A stretch of DNA of 50,710 nucleotides from a virus (Duplodnaviria > Heunggongvirae > Uroviricota > Caudoviricetes > Ackermannviridae): IMG/VR virus record IMGVR_UViG_2974616520_000001, positions 113,328 through 164,037 of that record; one strand, 5' to 3'. Positions 1 through 9,902 of the stretch are shown in pieces; position 1 is the stretch's first letter, and the number at the start of each line of letters is the position of its first letter. A program made the position numbers and the translations under genes. Below the pieces are notes generated by a model. The model was not told the DNA's origin and did no database searches. It saw only the letters and a program-made list of their open reading frames with translations.

Positions 1-167
1 GACGGGACGCCTACACGGTCTTTGTCATAGTTGCGACCATTTCGGTTGATCTGGTTACACATGACAAACGGTCCTTCGATGAACATCGCCTTTCCACCGG
101 ATTGAGTAGCCGATTCGGTAAGCGACAGCTCCTCTCTGGCTCCGGTCTCATCAACAAGCAGTTTCAT
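1..167 (-). CDS. gp21: Prohead core protease (T4 gp21-like), 5' part; runs off the window edge
   Basis: Manual translation from ATG at 167: MKLLVDETGAREELSLTESATQSGGKAMFIEGPFVMCNQINRNGRNYD. The FIEGxF..NRNGRxY pattern is the gp21 N-terminus; synteny after portal and core genes. Confidence 0.85.
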   Translation of the reverse strand, partial: MKLLVDETGAREELSLTESATQSGGKAMFIEGPFVMCNQINRNGRNYDKDRVGVP

Positions 168-178
168 TTCATCGTTCC

Positions 179-484
179 TTATTTGAGGCCCATCATCTTA
201 CGGAAGCGCATGGCCTTCTTCTGACGACGCACGATCTTCTTCTGGTAACCGATGCCCATACGCTTTTTCGAACGCAGTGCTTTGCGGTTGCCCATCTTCA
301 GAGTGCGGCGCTGACTTGCATCCATCACTTCACAACGGGTGCCATCAGCTGACAATTTAAAGCCGGGACCGCACTTCAGGCGGCGACGGCGTTTGCCTTT
401 GGCGTTTACCTTATCGATGATGCCTTGCTCTGTGAGCTGGCGCTCAGCAAGGAAATCGGCGAAGGTTGGCATTCTGTTGTCCAT
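179..484 (-). CDS. Prohead core protein (T4 gp68-like), very basic
   Basis: Track ORF 179..571; likely start MDNRMPTF at 484 after a GGGG SD. K/R-rich C-terminus; position between portal and gp21. Confidence 0.7.
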   Translation of the reverse strand: MDNRMPTFADFLAERQLTEQGIIDKVNAKGKRRRRLKCGPGFKLSADGTRCEVMDASQRRTLKMGNRKALRSKKRMGIGYQKKIVRRQKKAMRFRKMMGLK

Positions 485-494
485 GACGCGCCCC

Positions 495-662
495 TTACTC
501 GGTTGCTTCAGGCTTGTCACCTTCTTGGACATTAGCCAGGATGAACTGACGGCCCTGCTCGATAAGATCATCGCGACGGGTGTTCATCTCAACAGTCAGT
601 TCAGCTGTAGCTGTAGTCAGGTCACCTGCCATAACAGCGTCGATAATATTGCGTACACTCAT
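495..662 (-). CDS. Small acidic prohead core protein (gp67-like), 55 aa, absent from the ORF track
   Basis: Manual translation MSVRNIIDAVMAGDLTTATAELTVEMNTRRDDLIEQGRQFILANVQEGDKPEATE*. GGAGG SD and a TAAATA late box at 689-694 upstream; syntenic with T4 gp67. Confidence 0.7.
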   Translation of the reverse strand: MSVRNIIDAVMAGDLTTATAELTVEMNTRRDDLIEQGRQFILANVQEGDKPEATE

Positions 663-711
663 GATAATTCCTCCAATCCAGTTTCCGATATTTAGTTGAA
701 ATATTTCAAGC

Positions 712-2364
712 CTATTCGTTGTCTGGACTCGAAGGGGCTGGAATGCGATTTGGTGTAAACTTCATCGGGCTGACGTCGGCTGGGTTATCCCCTTCCATCA
801 CATCAGGATATTTACCTTCCGATTTTTCTTTCTCAATCTGGGCCTGCTGATCCTTGATGTCTTGTTCAGACATACGCAGGATATTACGCTGGGCATACTC
901 GATAGAGAAGACCTTGCCGATATATGGCTCCACTGTTGCCAGGGTGCTCATACGGCCCGCCAGAATCTCGTTCTCCTGCTGCTCTTTGATGAAGTTATCA
1001 GAGGTGAACTCATAACGGATACGGTTCTTAAACAGGCGTTGCCAGTCGTCTTCTGTCGTGATCTTTTTCAGAATACACTGACGACGCAACAGGGTTTCAA
1101 AGATGGAGCTATACTGACGACGCAGGCGTGTACAGAACTTGGCGAAGCGATACTCCTCACGAGTCACCTCAGCAAGGTCTGAGCCACCAATGTTGATATT
1201 ACCACCACCGTCGTCGATACGGCTGGAGGGGATCTTCAGGGCACGATACAGCTTCTTGAGGAAGTACATGACATGATCCATGTTCCCCAGCTGATCGCCG
1301 CCGCCCAGAGTATCAATCTCTGTAGCATTCTGGCCTTCACGACGCGGCAACCAGTAGTCCTCAGCGATACCCATCAGGCTGGTGCCAGTCTGGATCTTAC
1401 CGGAGGTGCGGTCATACGACATGTTGGTTTTGAACTTAGCCATCATCATCTGCATGTATTCTTCAGCAGACTTCTTAGGCAGTGTGCCCACGTCCAGATA
1501 CCAGGCCCGCTTCTCAGGTGCACGAGTGATTGCATAGATGACAGTTGCATCTTCACAGGTGACCAGGTTGTTCAGTGGGCGAATAGCCGGGTTCAGGAAG
1601 CCTGGAACAATACCATTGACAAGAGACTCAAGGCCGCTGTCGGCATAGACGATAGAGTCTTCATCGAACATCAGTTCCTGACCATTCGGCTTGATACCGC
1701 CTGAACTGGTGTTCTGGCCTGTGAAGGTATTGCGAACGTTATTCGGGTTGTAGTAATACTGTTTGCGGATCGATTTGATCGCCTCTACACCCTTCTCACG
1801 CGCTTCACGTTCAATGATCGTTACCGGGCGCACACAGCGTGAGTCGAGCTGGATGATCTTCTGAATCCCTGCAGTAGTGTTCTTATCGTCGACGATAACG
1901 TGGAACGCCTGACGTCCATCAACGTACCAGCTGCGGATCTTGTCGTAGGCAGTATCATCAAAGTTCATCAGAAGCAGGATATTTTTGAATTCATCCGCTA
2001 CTTTCTTTTTGATGTCTTCACTGATGCCGTCCAGCTGATCCATGTTCAGGGTGACGGGTGACTCTTCTTCATCACAGGTGACCACGTCATTGATGATAAT
2101 ATCGATCGCTTCCTCAACCTCGGGTTGTTGAGCCATCGACTGATATTCTTCCACAAGGGCTTTGACACTGATCAGCTCACTGGCGACAGTATTTGAATGG
2201 AATGAGTTATTCCCGCCTTGTAAGATGATAGAGCCTTCAACTGCATCATCAATAGCAACGACGGTCGCGCGGTCATACAGGCGATCCTCCTGCTTCAATG
2301 TCTTCGCAGAAGTCTCTTTGGTCTTTACTTCATAGTTGTTAAACAGGCCGCCGAAACCAAGCAT
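712..2364 (-). CDS. gp20: Portal vertex protein
   Basis: T4 gp20 motifs (PEVEEAIDIIIND, WYVDGR, YAITRAPEKRAWYLDVGTLPK, EDYWLPRREG, YFLKKLYRALKIPSSR). Likely start ATG at 2364 with GAGG SD (track starts at 2391). Confidence 0.95.
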   Translation of the reverse strand: MLGFGGLFNNYEVKTKETSAKTLKQEDRLYDRATVVAIDDAVEGSIILQGGNNSFHSNTVASELISVKALVEEYQSMAQQPEVEEAIDIIINDVVTCDEEESPVTLNMDQLDGISEDIKKKVADEFKNILLLMNFDDTAYDKIRSWYVDGRQAFHVIVDDKNTTAGIQKIIQLDSRCVRPVTIIEREAREKGVEAIKSIRKQYYYNPNNVRNTFTGQNTSSGGIKPNGQELMFDEDSIVYADSGLESLVNGIVPGFLNPAIRPLNNLVTCEDATVIYAITRAPEKRAWYLDVGTLPKKSAEEYMQMMMAKFKTNMSYDRTSGKIQTGTSLMGIAEDYWLPRREGQNATEIDTLGGGDQLGNMDHVMYFLKKLYRALKIPSSRIDDGGGNINIGGSDLAEVTREEYRFAKFCTRLRRQYSSIFETLLRRQCILKKITTEDDWQRLFKNRIRYEFTSDNFIKEQQENEILAGRMSTLATVEPYIGKVFSIEYAQRNILRMSEQDIKDQQAQIEKEKSEGKYPDVMEGDNPADVSPMKFTPNRIPAPSSPDNE

Positions 2365-2442
2365 GATATAGATCCTCTGAGGTGTTCTCAAATTATTTAG
2401 TGAGAGGAATATAGCGGGGATTTCTCCCCGCTTGAGAGGATC

Positions 2443-2976
2443 TTAGAGGGTGCGGTCTGAGGTAGACTGCAGGTAACGCAGGTCGACGGTGAACTGGGTG
2501 TAGGAGTCCATAGCAGACATATCCAATTCCAGCTGGCCAAGGTTCATCGGCCAGGCACCCTGGAGGGTGAAGGTCTTGGTCACCCGATCTTGTGAGTCCA
2601 GCAGTTCCAGTACGACATCACGGAAATATTCATCCGCATCTGCACTGGCACGGTTGTTCTCGTTACCGTTGATATACTGCTGCCACACTTCAAAGGCATT
2701 GTATGGCGCGTTGTCCACACAGTTGATGAAGGTGATAGGCAGTGCCTCAAAGCGACGGTCACCCGGCATAGGGATCTCACGACCACCCCAAGGCACCAGG
2801 ATCTCACCCAGCTGACCGGTAGGGGTATTCGTGGTCACAGCCAACAGCGAAACACGCTGTGTAGTCGTGGCGTCTGTCACGAAGGTTGGAAAGTTGAGAC
2901 TTACACGCCAGCGGTGTTGACGTTGTACGCCACCACCATTCTGGATTGCAGCTCGGAATTGAGAAACTGTAGCCAT
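2443..2976 (-). CDS. gp19: Tail tube protein
   Basis: 177 aa; WGGREIPMPGDRRFE and GAWPMNLGQLELD match the T4 gp19 family; follows the sheath gene. Confidence 0.92.
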   Translation of the reverse strand: MATVSQFRAAIQNGGGVQRQHRWRVSLNFPTFVTDATTTQRVSLLAVTTNTPTGQLGEILVPWGGREIPMPGDRRFEALPITFINCVDNAPYNAFEVWQQYINGNENNRASADADEYFRDVVLELLDSQDRVTKTFTLQGAWPMNLGQLELDMSAMDSYTQFTVDLRYLQSTSDRTL

Positions 2977-3029
2977 TTTTCGTTACTCCTCAAAAATAGA
3001 TCTGGATCTATTTAGTTCAAACTGTTTAG

Positions 3030-3047
3030 AAAAGCCCCCGAAGGGGC
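3030..3047 (-). terminator. Rho-independent terminator after gp18
   Basis: Minus strand GCCCC-TTCG-GGGGC-TTTT. Confidence 0.8.
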
Positions 3048-3053
3048 GATTCA

Positions 3054-4970
3054 TTAAGACGCTGAAACGATACCGCCACCAGACTCGACTTCTGAGAACT
3101 CGATGTCTGGACGTACTGCGGCAAAGTCCAGATAGATCCAGTTGATGGAGTAGGCTGGCTTCAGCCACACACCCGCGACCATCTGGTTAGCAGCCACAAT
3201 CGCTGCCGGGTTGTTATCTTCATCACACTTAACCTTACCGTCTGAGATTGCTCCCAGGCCGATCAGTGTACGGATGTACGGTGCAATTGAGTTAGTGAAC
3301 AGCAGACGCGTGTTGGCATCGTTGTTCTCACCCAGATAGTATTTGGCAGACGCGGTGATGTTCTGCTCAGCCATAATGAACAGGCCACGCACGTTGATAC
3401 GGTCAAACGCTGAAGGAGCGCTCAGGCCGGTCTTATCACCATACAGCACGATGCCTTCGGTTGGGAAGGTAACGATGCTGTTCACGCTCACCTTGTACAG
3501 CTGGGTGCGCTGACCGCTATCGGCTGACCACGCCATCTTATTGAAGCCAGAGTACTTGCCACGGTTGTGGAACGCCGGGGACTTATAGATACCCGCTGTG
3601 CGGATGTTACGCGCCCAGACACCTGCGGTAGCGCCACAAGCTGGGATCCAACGGTAAACGTCGTTATACTTGTCGTAGTAGTAACCCCAGTTGTCATCCA
3701 TGAAGAAGTAGCTGGAATCACGCAGGAGGTCACTACGCCATTGCTCAACAGCATCGGCTTCGCGGCCACGGTTATTCACAACAGCATCACGCGGAGGAGA
3801 TACGAATGTCACAGTATCACGGCGGGATCCAGATACGTCGATCATGTGCTGGTGAACACCGATCTCGTCAGCATAACCGAAGATTGGCTTGGCAGAGTAT
3901 GCTTCGGCATTCTTCAGCATCTCATAACCTTCAATACGGTCGATGTTGTCATCGTCCACGCCACCAGTCAGAAGAACACGACCCGCCGCCAGAGTGTTTG
4001 CCAGGACATACACCCAGTAAGAAGAACCGTTGATCACGTCTTTGAAGTAGGCGTTGGAACCATCAGTACGCTTGGCACCCGGATTCAGCTGAAGCAGCTG
4101 GAAGGTCTCGCCAGGGACGATCGTACCGGAAGAGCCAACAGTGGTGGTAGAAATCTTACCGACGATGCCATTGGCGTCGTTTACCACAGCCGACTGAGTC
4201 TGAGGGCCGATAGCCGCCAGGGTCAGGGTAACTGTGTTGGACTTGTAGCCCACGTCAGACCAGATCTGTGCTTCGCCAGTCAGTGCTTTCAGCTTGTCAG
4301 AGATCTTACCGGCGACTACAGCAGCAGTATCGTCTTTGGCATAGGTAACATCAGTGCCGTTGACAGTGATCTTACCAGCAGCAGTCGCAGTACCAGTCAG
4401 CTGGATACGCTCAACCTGAGAGGTCGCGCCATTGGTCCCAGTGATGCGGCCGACAGTATCGACTACAACAACGTGGAATTCACCCGGCTGTGGTGTGTAA
4501 GCGAACGCGTTGCGGAACTCCCAGGTAGGGAATGTCGCGCTGTCACAGACGTCGATCACCAGGTCATTCGCCAGAGCGCCTGGATAGCGGCCCGCCCAGG
4601 TTACTGATGCTGAGACATTAACGCCTTCGAACTCATCGCTGTTTTTGATGATGATCGCAGTCTGACCTTTGGTGACAGCATTCTTCGCAGTCGGGCCGAC
4701 CATACGGCATACCCAGGCAACAGAAGAAAGGTTCAGATAGCTTTCAGTGACCAGGAAGTCCATGGCAGCCAGCGCGTCATTCTTCGGTTTGAAGAACTTG
4801 GCAACCAGACCATCAGCACCATTGGTCACACGGATTGGTTTCTCGGCTTCACCCCATTGGAATGCGCCTACGGTCGCTCCAATCACGTCTACAGACGGAG
4901 TGGAGTTCAGGGTAACGTCACGTTCTGTGAATTGTACAGAAGGTGCGACGCTAAAAGTTTGTGTTGCCAT
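3054..4970 (-). CDS. gp18: Tail sheath protein
   Basis: 638 aa; APSVQFTERD, GAFQWG, RYPGALAN, YDKYNDVYRWIP, LYGDKTGLSAPSAFDRINVRGLF are gp18 motifs. Confidence 0.95.
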   Translation of the reverse strand: MATQTFSVAPSVQFTERDVTLNSTPSVDVIGATVGAFQWGEAEKPIRVTNGADGLVAKFFKPKNDALAAMDFLVTESYLNLSSVAWVCRMVGPTAKNAVTKGQTAIIIKNSDEFEGVNVSASVTWAGRYPGALANDLVIDVCDSATFPTWEFRNAFAYTPQPGEFHVVVVDTVGRITGTNGATSQVERIQLTGTATAAGKITVNGTDVTYAKDDTAAVVAGKISDKLKALTGEAQIWSDVGYKSNTVTLTLAAIGPQTQSAVVNDANGIVGKISTTTVGSSGTIVPGETFQLLQLNPGAKRTDGSNAYFKDVINGSSYWVYVLANTLAAGRVLLTGGVDDDNIDRIEGYEMLKNAEAYSAKPIFGYADEIGVHQHMIDVSGSRRDTVTFVSPPRDAVVNNRGREADAVEQWRSDLLRDSSYFFMDDNWGYYYDKYNDVYRWIPACGATAGVWARNIRTAGIYKSPAFHNRGKYSGFNKMAWSADSGQRTQLYKVSVNSIVTFPTEGIVLYGDKTGLSAPSAFDRINVRGLFIMAEQNITASAKYYLGENNDANTRLLFTNSIAPYIRTLIGLGAISDGKVKCDEDNNPAAIVAANQMVAGVWLKPAYSINWIYLDFAAVRPDIEFSEVESGGGIVSAS

Positions 4971-5006
4971 TTCATTTCCCTCTTCGGAGTCAACTCGGGT
5001 TGCAAG

Positions 5007-5013
5007 TATTTAG
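5007..5013 (-). promoter_or_regulatory. Late promoter box CTAAATA before gp18 (similar boxes at 689, 2394, 8823, 15416, 31776)
   Basis: TATTTAG on the plus strand in each intergenic gap upstream of a structural gene; related to the T4 late consensus TATAAATA. Confidence 0.7.
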
Positions 5014-5029
5014 TGAAACAAGTTGGAGC

Positions 5030-6772
5030 CTAATCTTTGAACCAATCTTCCATACTGATACCGGATCTTTCGTCTACGACTCGGACTCCGTTGTAACCAG
5101 CAACATCAGTAACCGTTGTGTGCTGTATTGCTTTCGTTCCACCGAAGGGGAAAATCTGAGCAGATTCTGTCATGCTCAGGCGCTCACGCATATCGGCCGA
5201 CGCACTGCGATCGGTCAGGTCAACAAACCATTCTTGCTTAACCATCCATGAGAACAGAACCAGAGGCATTACACAGTCGTCGTGACAACCGTCGTCTGCT
5301 TCGTAGCTTGTGTTCACTGCAATGAACGTACCGAGTTCATCGATCGTTTCCTGGTCATTGATAACCAACATCTCACGTTCAATAAGAGACTTCAGGTTAG
5401 CACAACCCACTGCCTTAACCTTACGTGTGGTGTTGATACCCGGCTCAGGGCGACGTCCACCAATACGCTTACCTGTACCTTTGTTGTCCGTTGAGGTGTA
5501 GATGATGTTTTCGTATTCAATTTCGTGGTGGAGGATAGTGATAACCGTACCGCCGACATCATTGTTCGTCTCAACTAACACAGGACAGGTTCCGTACCGC
5601 TCACACAGATCAGCAATCGTGTAGGCATACAGCATCGGAGGTATGGTGTTGTTTCGATATTTAGCTGCGATCGAGTAGGGGTACTCAGTGACGTCGATGA
5701 TTGTCAACACTGAATAGTCACCCTCAACGCCCTTGCCAGTATCGGCGATCCCAACATACGTGTGGTTCTGATCGTAATCTTTATAGATCTTGGTAAAATC
5801 ATTTGGCTCTGAATACAGAGATGAGCACATACGCTCCAAGCACTTGGTCGGGATAAGTGAGCCAACAGAACCACGGAACTTGATACCGAATTCCTGGTCA
5901 AAGCGGGCATCACCAAGACGGGCACGCTGTTTCTGTTCCCAGCCATCCTCATCACGGTACGATGGAACACGATACCATGGAACCTCAGTGAGGTGGAAGC
6001 TGTTGTACGCCTGGTGGTCTGGGTTGGCCTTCGTGACAATATCGTAGAAGAGACCTCGCTGGCCTTTCGGCGTACTCGTTAGAATACATTTTGAAGTCTG
6101 TGCTGATGCGATAACCGGGAACGTTGATTCCCAGAACTCGAAGTCATTCTCGATGAACGCAACCTCATCGATGTACAGGAGTGCAACTGAACGACCACGA
6201 ATGGAGTCAGAGGACGTCGCGTAAGCAAAGATCTTGGAACCGTTCTCAAACTCTACCAGGGTTGAACCGAACTTCTCAGCGCCCTGCTGAAGGAAGAATG
6301 GAAGGTCTTGATAGGCTTTACGAATACGGTCAAGGATCTCAATCGCCTGCTTCTCTTTGTTGGCGAGGACTGCGATCTCTTTGTCATCATGGAAGATGGC
6401 GTACCACAGAAGGAATGCTGCCACCACAGTCGTCTTACCTGACTGACGGGCCTGAGTCACGACGTTGAAGCGGTTGTCCTGGAAGTCACGGAAGAGCTGC
6501 TCCTGATAGTCGAACATGTCAAACAGGATGAAGCCCTTATCGATGGTCGTGATCTTGTAGTAGTTCTTGGCGAAGTACAGGGCATCCATGGAACACTTGA
6601 GCCATTCCTCTTCCTGCTCTTCAGTCATGTCCACTTCGATACGAGGAGCACGTACAGACGGCTTGCGCATGAACGTCTGGTCCATACGCAATTTGACGTC
6701 TTCAATTTTGAACCCCTTCTTCAGGGGCGCATAATCAATCTGACGTGGTTGTTGCTGATGCATCATCGGCAT
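5030..6772 (-). CDS. gp17: Terminase large subunit
   Basis: Walker A ARQSGKTT, Walker B LLYIDEVAF, TSTPKG coupling motif, RNase H-like IADTGKGVEGDYS and HDDCVM. Confidence 0.96.
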   Translation of the reverse strand: MPMMHQQQPRQIDYAPLKKGFKIEDVKLRMDQTFMRKPSVRAPRIEVDMTEEQEEEWLKCSMDALYFAKNYYKITTIDKGFILFDMFDYQEQLFRDFQDNRFNVVTQARQSGKTTVVAAFLLWYAIFHDDKEIAVLANKEKQAIEILDRIRKAYQDLPFFLQQGAEKFGSTLVEFENGSKIFAYATSSDSIRGRSVALLYIDEVAFIENDFEFWESTFPVIASAQTSKCILTSTPKGQRGLFYDIVTKANPDHQAYNSFHLTEVPWYRVPSYRDEDGWEQKQRARLGDARFDQEFGIKFRGSVGSLIPTKCLERMCSSLYSEPNDFTKIYKDYDQNHTYVGIADTGKGVEGDYSVLTIIDVTEYPYSIAAKYRNNTIPPMLYAYTIADLCERYGTCPVLVETNNDVGGTVITILHHEIEYENIIYTSTDNKGTGKRIGGRRPEPGINTTRKVKAVGCANLKSLIEREMLVINDQETIDELGTFIAVNTSYEADDGCHDDCVMPLVLFSWMVKQEWFVDLTDRSASADMRERLSMTESAQIFPFGGTKAIQHTTVTDVAGYNGVRVVDERSGISMEDWFKD

Positions 6773-7442
6773 TTGGCTTCTCCTCTACATCTTCCACGTC
6801 AACATCAACTGCTTCTGCATCACGACGGCGCTGTTCTTCTTCCTTGCGCTTCTCTTCCTGCTCCTGGCGAACCCGGTTGGCCACTTCCATGAGGTCACGT
6901 GAGGTGCGGCGCTGGGTTGTTTTGCCAACAGTAACTCGGGTGCCGCCTTTACCGTCTGACTCGACGCTGATTTCGGTTTCACCTTCGTCATTCGTCTTTG
7001 GCTCTTCGCCCATGGTGACGCTCTTGAAGCTTTTCTGGTTCTCCATGAGGTCTTTGTTCAGGCCGCGCATGAGTTCACCCAGCTCTTTAAAGACGCTGAA
7101 GGCACGAGGAGCCTCTGTAGCAGCAGCCAGCTTAGCAGCCTCACCCAACATGAGCATCGTTGCTTCCTGGAGTGCGTAGGTGGTATCACGGACACGGATG
7201 TAGTCCGTGCGGGCATCTGAGTGCTCGAACTCCTTGACATTCGTCTCTTTAGACGTGACCTTGATCTCAGGGGCTTCCATCGGCTTGTAACCGTCTGGTG
7301 GATCACCCATCCATTCGCCGGTTTCTTTGTTCGTGTTGGCTTCAAACGAGTTGGTCGCCTCAGCCGACAGCTCATCACGTGCCTTGAGAGCATCCAGCGT
7401 ATTCAGGAGGTTCTCAGACATCTTTGAATTTTGGTAGCTCAT
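6735..7442 (-). CDS. gp16: Terminase small subunit (gp16-like, long form)
   Basis: DYIRVRDTTY...PRAFSVFKELGELM resembles the gp16 core (DY..VR....PRA.EV); overlaps the gp17 start. Confidence 0.75.
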   Translation of the reverse strand: MSYQNSKMSENLLNTLDALKARDELSAEATNSFEANTNKETGEWMGDPPDGYKPMEAPEIKVTSKETNVKEFEHSDARTDYIRVRDTTYALQEATMLMLGEAAKLAAATEAPRAFSVFKELGELMRGLNKDLMENQKSFKSVTMGEEPKTNDEGETEISVESDGKGGTRVTVGKTTQRRTSRDLMEVANRVRQEQEEKRKEEEQRRRDAEAVDVDVEDVEEKPNADDASATTTSD

Positions 7443-8152
7443 TTGGAATCCTCCGGATGATGTACGCCGTCTTTATCAACCCGGAACCACTCAGGAAGAT
7501 CCGACCAATGCATCTGCATATCCTGTCCCAACTCAATGATCACTTCTTTGATCAGGGTCGGGTCTACGTCAGAGCCTTCACCCTTGGTCCAGAAGTCACG
7601 ACCATACAGATAGCCGTGGAACTCAAAGGTGAATTCAGCATCAATATGCTGTGGCTCAACGCCTTCACCTTCCCAGTTGTCATCGATGTTGTGACCGGTG
7701 ATCTTGAAGTGGACGCCCTGTTCATGCTGAAGAGACTGGCTATCCCTGATCCTGCAGTCCAAAGACGGGTAGAACGCAGCATAGATCTGTTCAACGATCT
7801 GCATCATCTCACCATACTTCTTACAACGCACGTTGTATGTCATCGGGAAGATAACAGGAAGACGGTTGGCAGAACGGGCCGTAGGCGTAACCAGCTGATT
7901 GTTGCGATTAGTTGTGACCGATTTATCGATCTCAAACGAGCTGCCATACATGATGGTCGCAAACGGGAGAGTGTTGGAACCCTGCTGGCGGTTCAGGTTG
8001 TTACGACGCCCAATAGCTGTCGCCAAAGGAACCTGCATCAACCCACGTTCGGTATCAATCTTCAGCTCAGCCATAATGGTACTGAACAGGGCCAGATACA
8101 GCTCCTGTGTGCCATTATAGAAGTGTTTGTTGAATGGACCAGACATCATCAA
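7439..8152 (-). CDS. gp15: Tail sheath stabiliser / tail terminator
   Basis: HFYNGTQELYLALFSTIM...QVPL matches the gp15 N-terminus; synteny 13-14-15-16. Confidence 0.8.
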   Translation of the reverse strand: MMMSGPFNKHFYNGTQELYLALFSTIMAELKIDTERGLMQVPLATAIGRRNNLNRQQGSNTLPFATIMYGSSFEIDKSVTTNRNNQLVTPTARSANRLPVIFPMTYNVRCKKYGEMMQIVEQIYAAFYPSLDCRIRDSQSLQHEQGVHFKITGHNIDDNWEGEGVEPQHIDAEFTFEFHGYLYGRDFWTKGEGSDVDPTLIKEVIIELGQDMQMHWSDLPEWFRVDKDGVHHPEDSK

Positions 8153-8802
8153 TCTCCAAAATCAATTTTAGACTTGTCGATAGCCAGTTTTTGCTCGAAC
8201 ATGTCAGCGAACTCATTATCAGAGTCGCGCAGATTGTCCTTGTAAACGGCCTCGCCAGCGTCTGGGTCGTCAATCTGCTCAAGGCGCAGAGTGATATCGT
8301 CAATGTTACCGTCACCTGTGTTGATATCCTCATTGCCATAGTGGTAGAGGGTGCACTGCAGGTTGAAGGTGTAGTATTTGCCGAACTGATAGAAATCTTC
8401 GTCGTCATTGCTCTTATTTACCTGATACAACTGCCCTGAAATCGGGAGGTAAATGAGGTCACCTTCTTGGGGAACCTGGTCAACAGCGCTACCGTTACCG
8501 ATAACCTGCTGCCAGCGACGACGGCTGACCTGGAACTGAACTTCGTCCTGCATGGTCAGACCACCGAACTTTTCCCACAACATGGAGTTAGCGCCGGTAT
8601 ATTCAGCGATATACATCTCAATGTCATAGGCCTCACTGAACGAGTGGTTCGCCTGCTTGAAGATTACAGTAGGGTCAATAATGGCACGAGGGATATACCG
8701 GACATCCACGCCGCGCTGCTCTATCATTTCTTGAACCAGGTCTTCAATCAGCTTCTGAGTGCCGACATGGTTGGTGTAATTGAAGTACTTGGAAGTGGCC
8801 AT
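8149..8802 (-). CDS. gp14: Neck protein
   Basis: YFNY..TQKLIEDLVQEMIEQRGVDVRYIPR, KFGG, EGDLIYLP, FYQFGK are gp14 motifs. Confidence 0.9.
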   Translation of the reverse strand: MATSKYFNYTNHVGTQKLIEDLVQEMIEQRGVDVRYIPRAIIDPTVIFKQANHSFSEAYDIEMYIAEYTGANSMLWEKFGGLTMQDEVQFQVSRRRWQQVIGNGSAVDQVPQEGDLIYLPISGQLYQVNKSNDDEDFYQFGKYYTFNLQCTLYHYGNEDINTGDGNIDDITLRLEQIDDPDAGEAVYKDNLRDSDNEFADMFEQKLAIDKSKIDFGD

Positions 8803-8877
8803 AATATCCCCCGTTATTGTTTTATTTAGTGTTGAACAATAACAGGGTACACTGATAGTCCATTCATAGGAGGATTT

Positions 8878-9126
8878 ATGTTTTCTATTAGCCTGATTAC
8901 ACTGAATGAAAAAGAGAAGTATGTGACTGCTGATGGTCGACCAGTGCGTTTCATTGCACGTGACGCCAAAATTGGTGGGGGTTCGTTTGACCTGGTCGCT
9001 CTTATCACAGAGCCGGACGGCAACGAATTCATCGAGTGGTATGAGAGCTCAAAGGCGTATGTTGAAGGGCACGAATGGGTTATCCCATGCGATGCTGGCG
9101 CTGAGCGAACTGTCCGCTTCAGCTAA
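8878..9126 (+). CDS. Hypothetical protein, inserted antisense between gp14 and gp13
   Basis: 82-aa ORF with AGGAGG SD, a promoter-like sequence upstream and a hairpin terminator downstream. Confidence 0.7.
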   Translation: MFSISLITLNEKEKYVTADGRPVRFIARDAKIGGGSFDLVALITEPDGNEFIEWYESSKAYVEGHEWVIPCDAGAERTVRFS

Positions 9127-9157
9127 AAAGAGAGGGGCAATTAAGCCCCTCAGTTTT
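9125..9157. terminator. Bidirectional terminator between the inserted ORF and gp13
   Basis: GAGGGGC-AATTAA-GCCCCTC flanked by A and T tracts. Confidence 0.75.
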
Positions 9158-9902
9158 ATCCTACGAAGAACTCAATCGGATACTGCTGACCAGTACGCAG
9201 ATCCTCTTCCAGCTTATCCATCTCGTCACGTGCTTCTGACCACATGGTGTCACCATCAAGTTCAATGCCTCCTGGCAATTTAATGCCCCGAGCCTTTTTG
9301 AGCACCTCTCCCCAACGGAGTTTGGTACAGGCGGTGGCATAAGCCTTTAACCAGATATCGTTCCAGGCATCTGCAGCATCCGGGTCAGTGCGTGGATCAA
9401 CGTTCTCATAGCACTGTACAGCCAGCAGCTGGTCTTTGACAACCGGGAACTGAAGAATCAGGCGGCGCTTATATTTGTTGAACGAGAACGTGTTCTTCTT
9501 ACGCAGTACGCTGCTGATGTCAGACAGGCGCTGCTGCATGGACACATAGTCGGTCAGACGGATAGAGACCAGAGCAGACTTGGGTACAAGCATCGCCTGA
9601 GCCATCTGCCACTGAGGGGTTGCCCAGTTACCGATAGACTCAATCGGCGGCCCGTCCAGGATCTCTGTAACGTCATGAATATTGTCCGGGAACTTGATAA
9701 AGTTCTGGAACAGATCCGTTTCAGTCACCTTGTAGATGTAGGCCGTCTGGATGCTCCCATCACGATGGTACTCCCAGAACTTCTGCAGGGCGTCAGTGAT
9801 AGCATCCTCGACCTGAGTCTCATCAAGGTTGATTTGAATTACCGGCGCACCCAGCTTACGCAGGATGTATGCCGTGAATTCCTTCTCATTTGCTATTGCC
9901 AT
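9156..9902 (-). CDS. gp13: Neck protein
   Basis: YILRKLGAPVIQINLDETQVEDAITDALQKFWEYHRDG and WLKAYATA..K..WG...K..GIKLPGGIELDG are gp13 motifs; likely start MAIANE at 9902. Confidence 0.92.
   Translation of the reverse strand: MAIANEKEFTAYILRKLGAPVIQINLDETQVEDAITDALQKFWEYHRDGSIQTAYIYKVTETDLFQNFIKFPDNIHDVTEILDGPPIESIGNWATPQWQMAQAMLVPKSALVSIRLTDYVSMQQRLSDISSVLRKKNTFSFNKYKRRLILQFPVVKDQLLAVQCYENVDPRTDPDAADAWNDIWLKAYATACTKLRWGEVLKKARGIKLPGGIELDGDTMWSEARDEMDKLEEDLRTGQQYPIEFFVG

Noticed and set aside
3567-4607. 346-aa plus-strand ORF (and other long antisense ORFs such as 7424..8245, 23545..24246, 29165..29746, 47548..48147)
   Set aside because: They are shadow frames opposite well-supported genes, with no SD, promoter or recognisable motifs.
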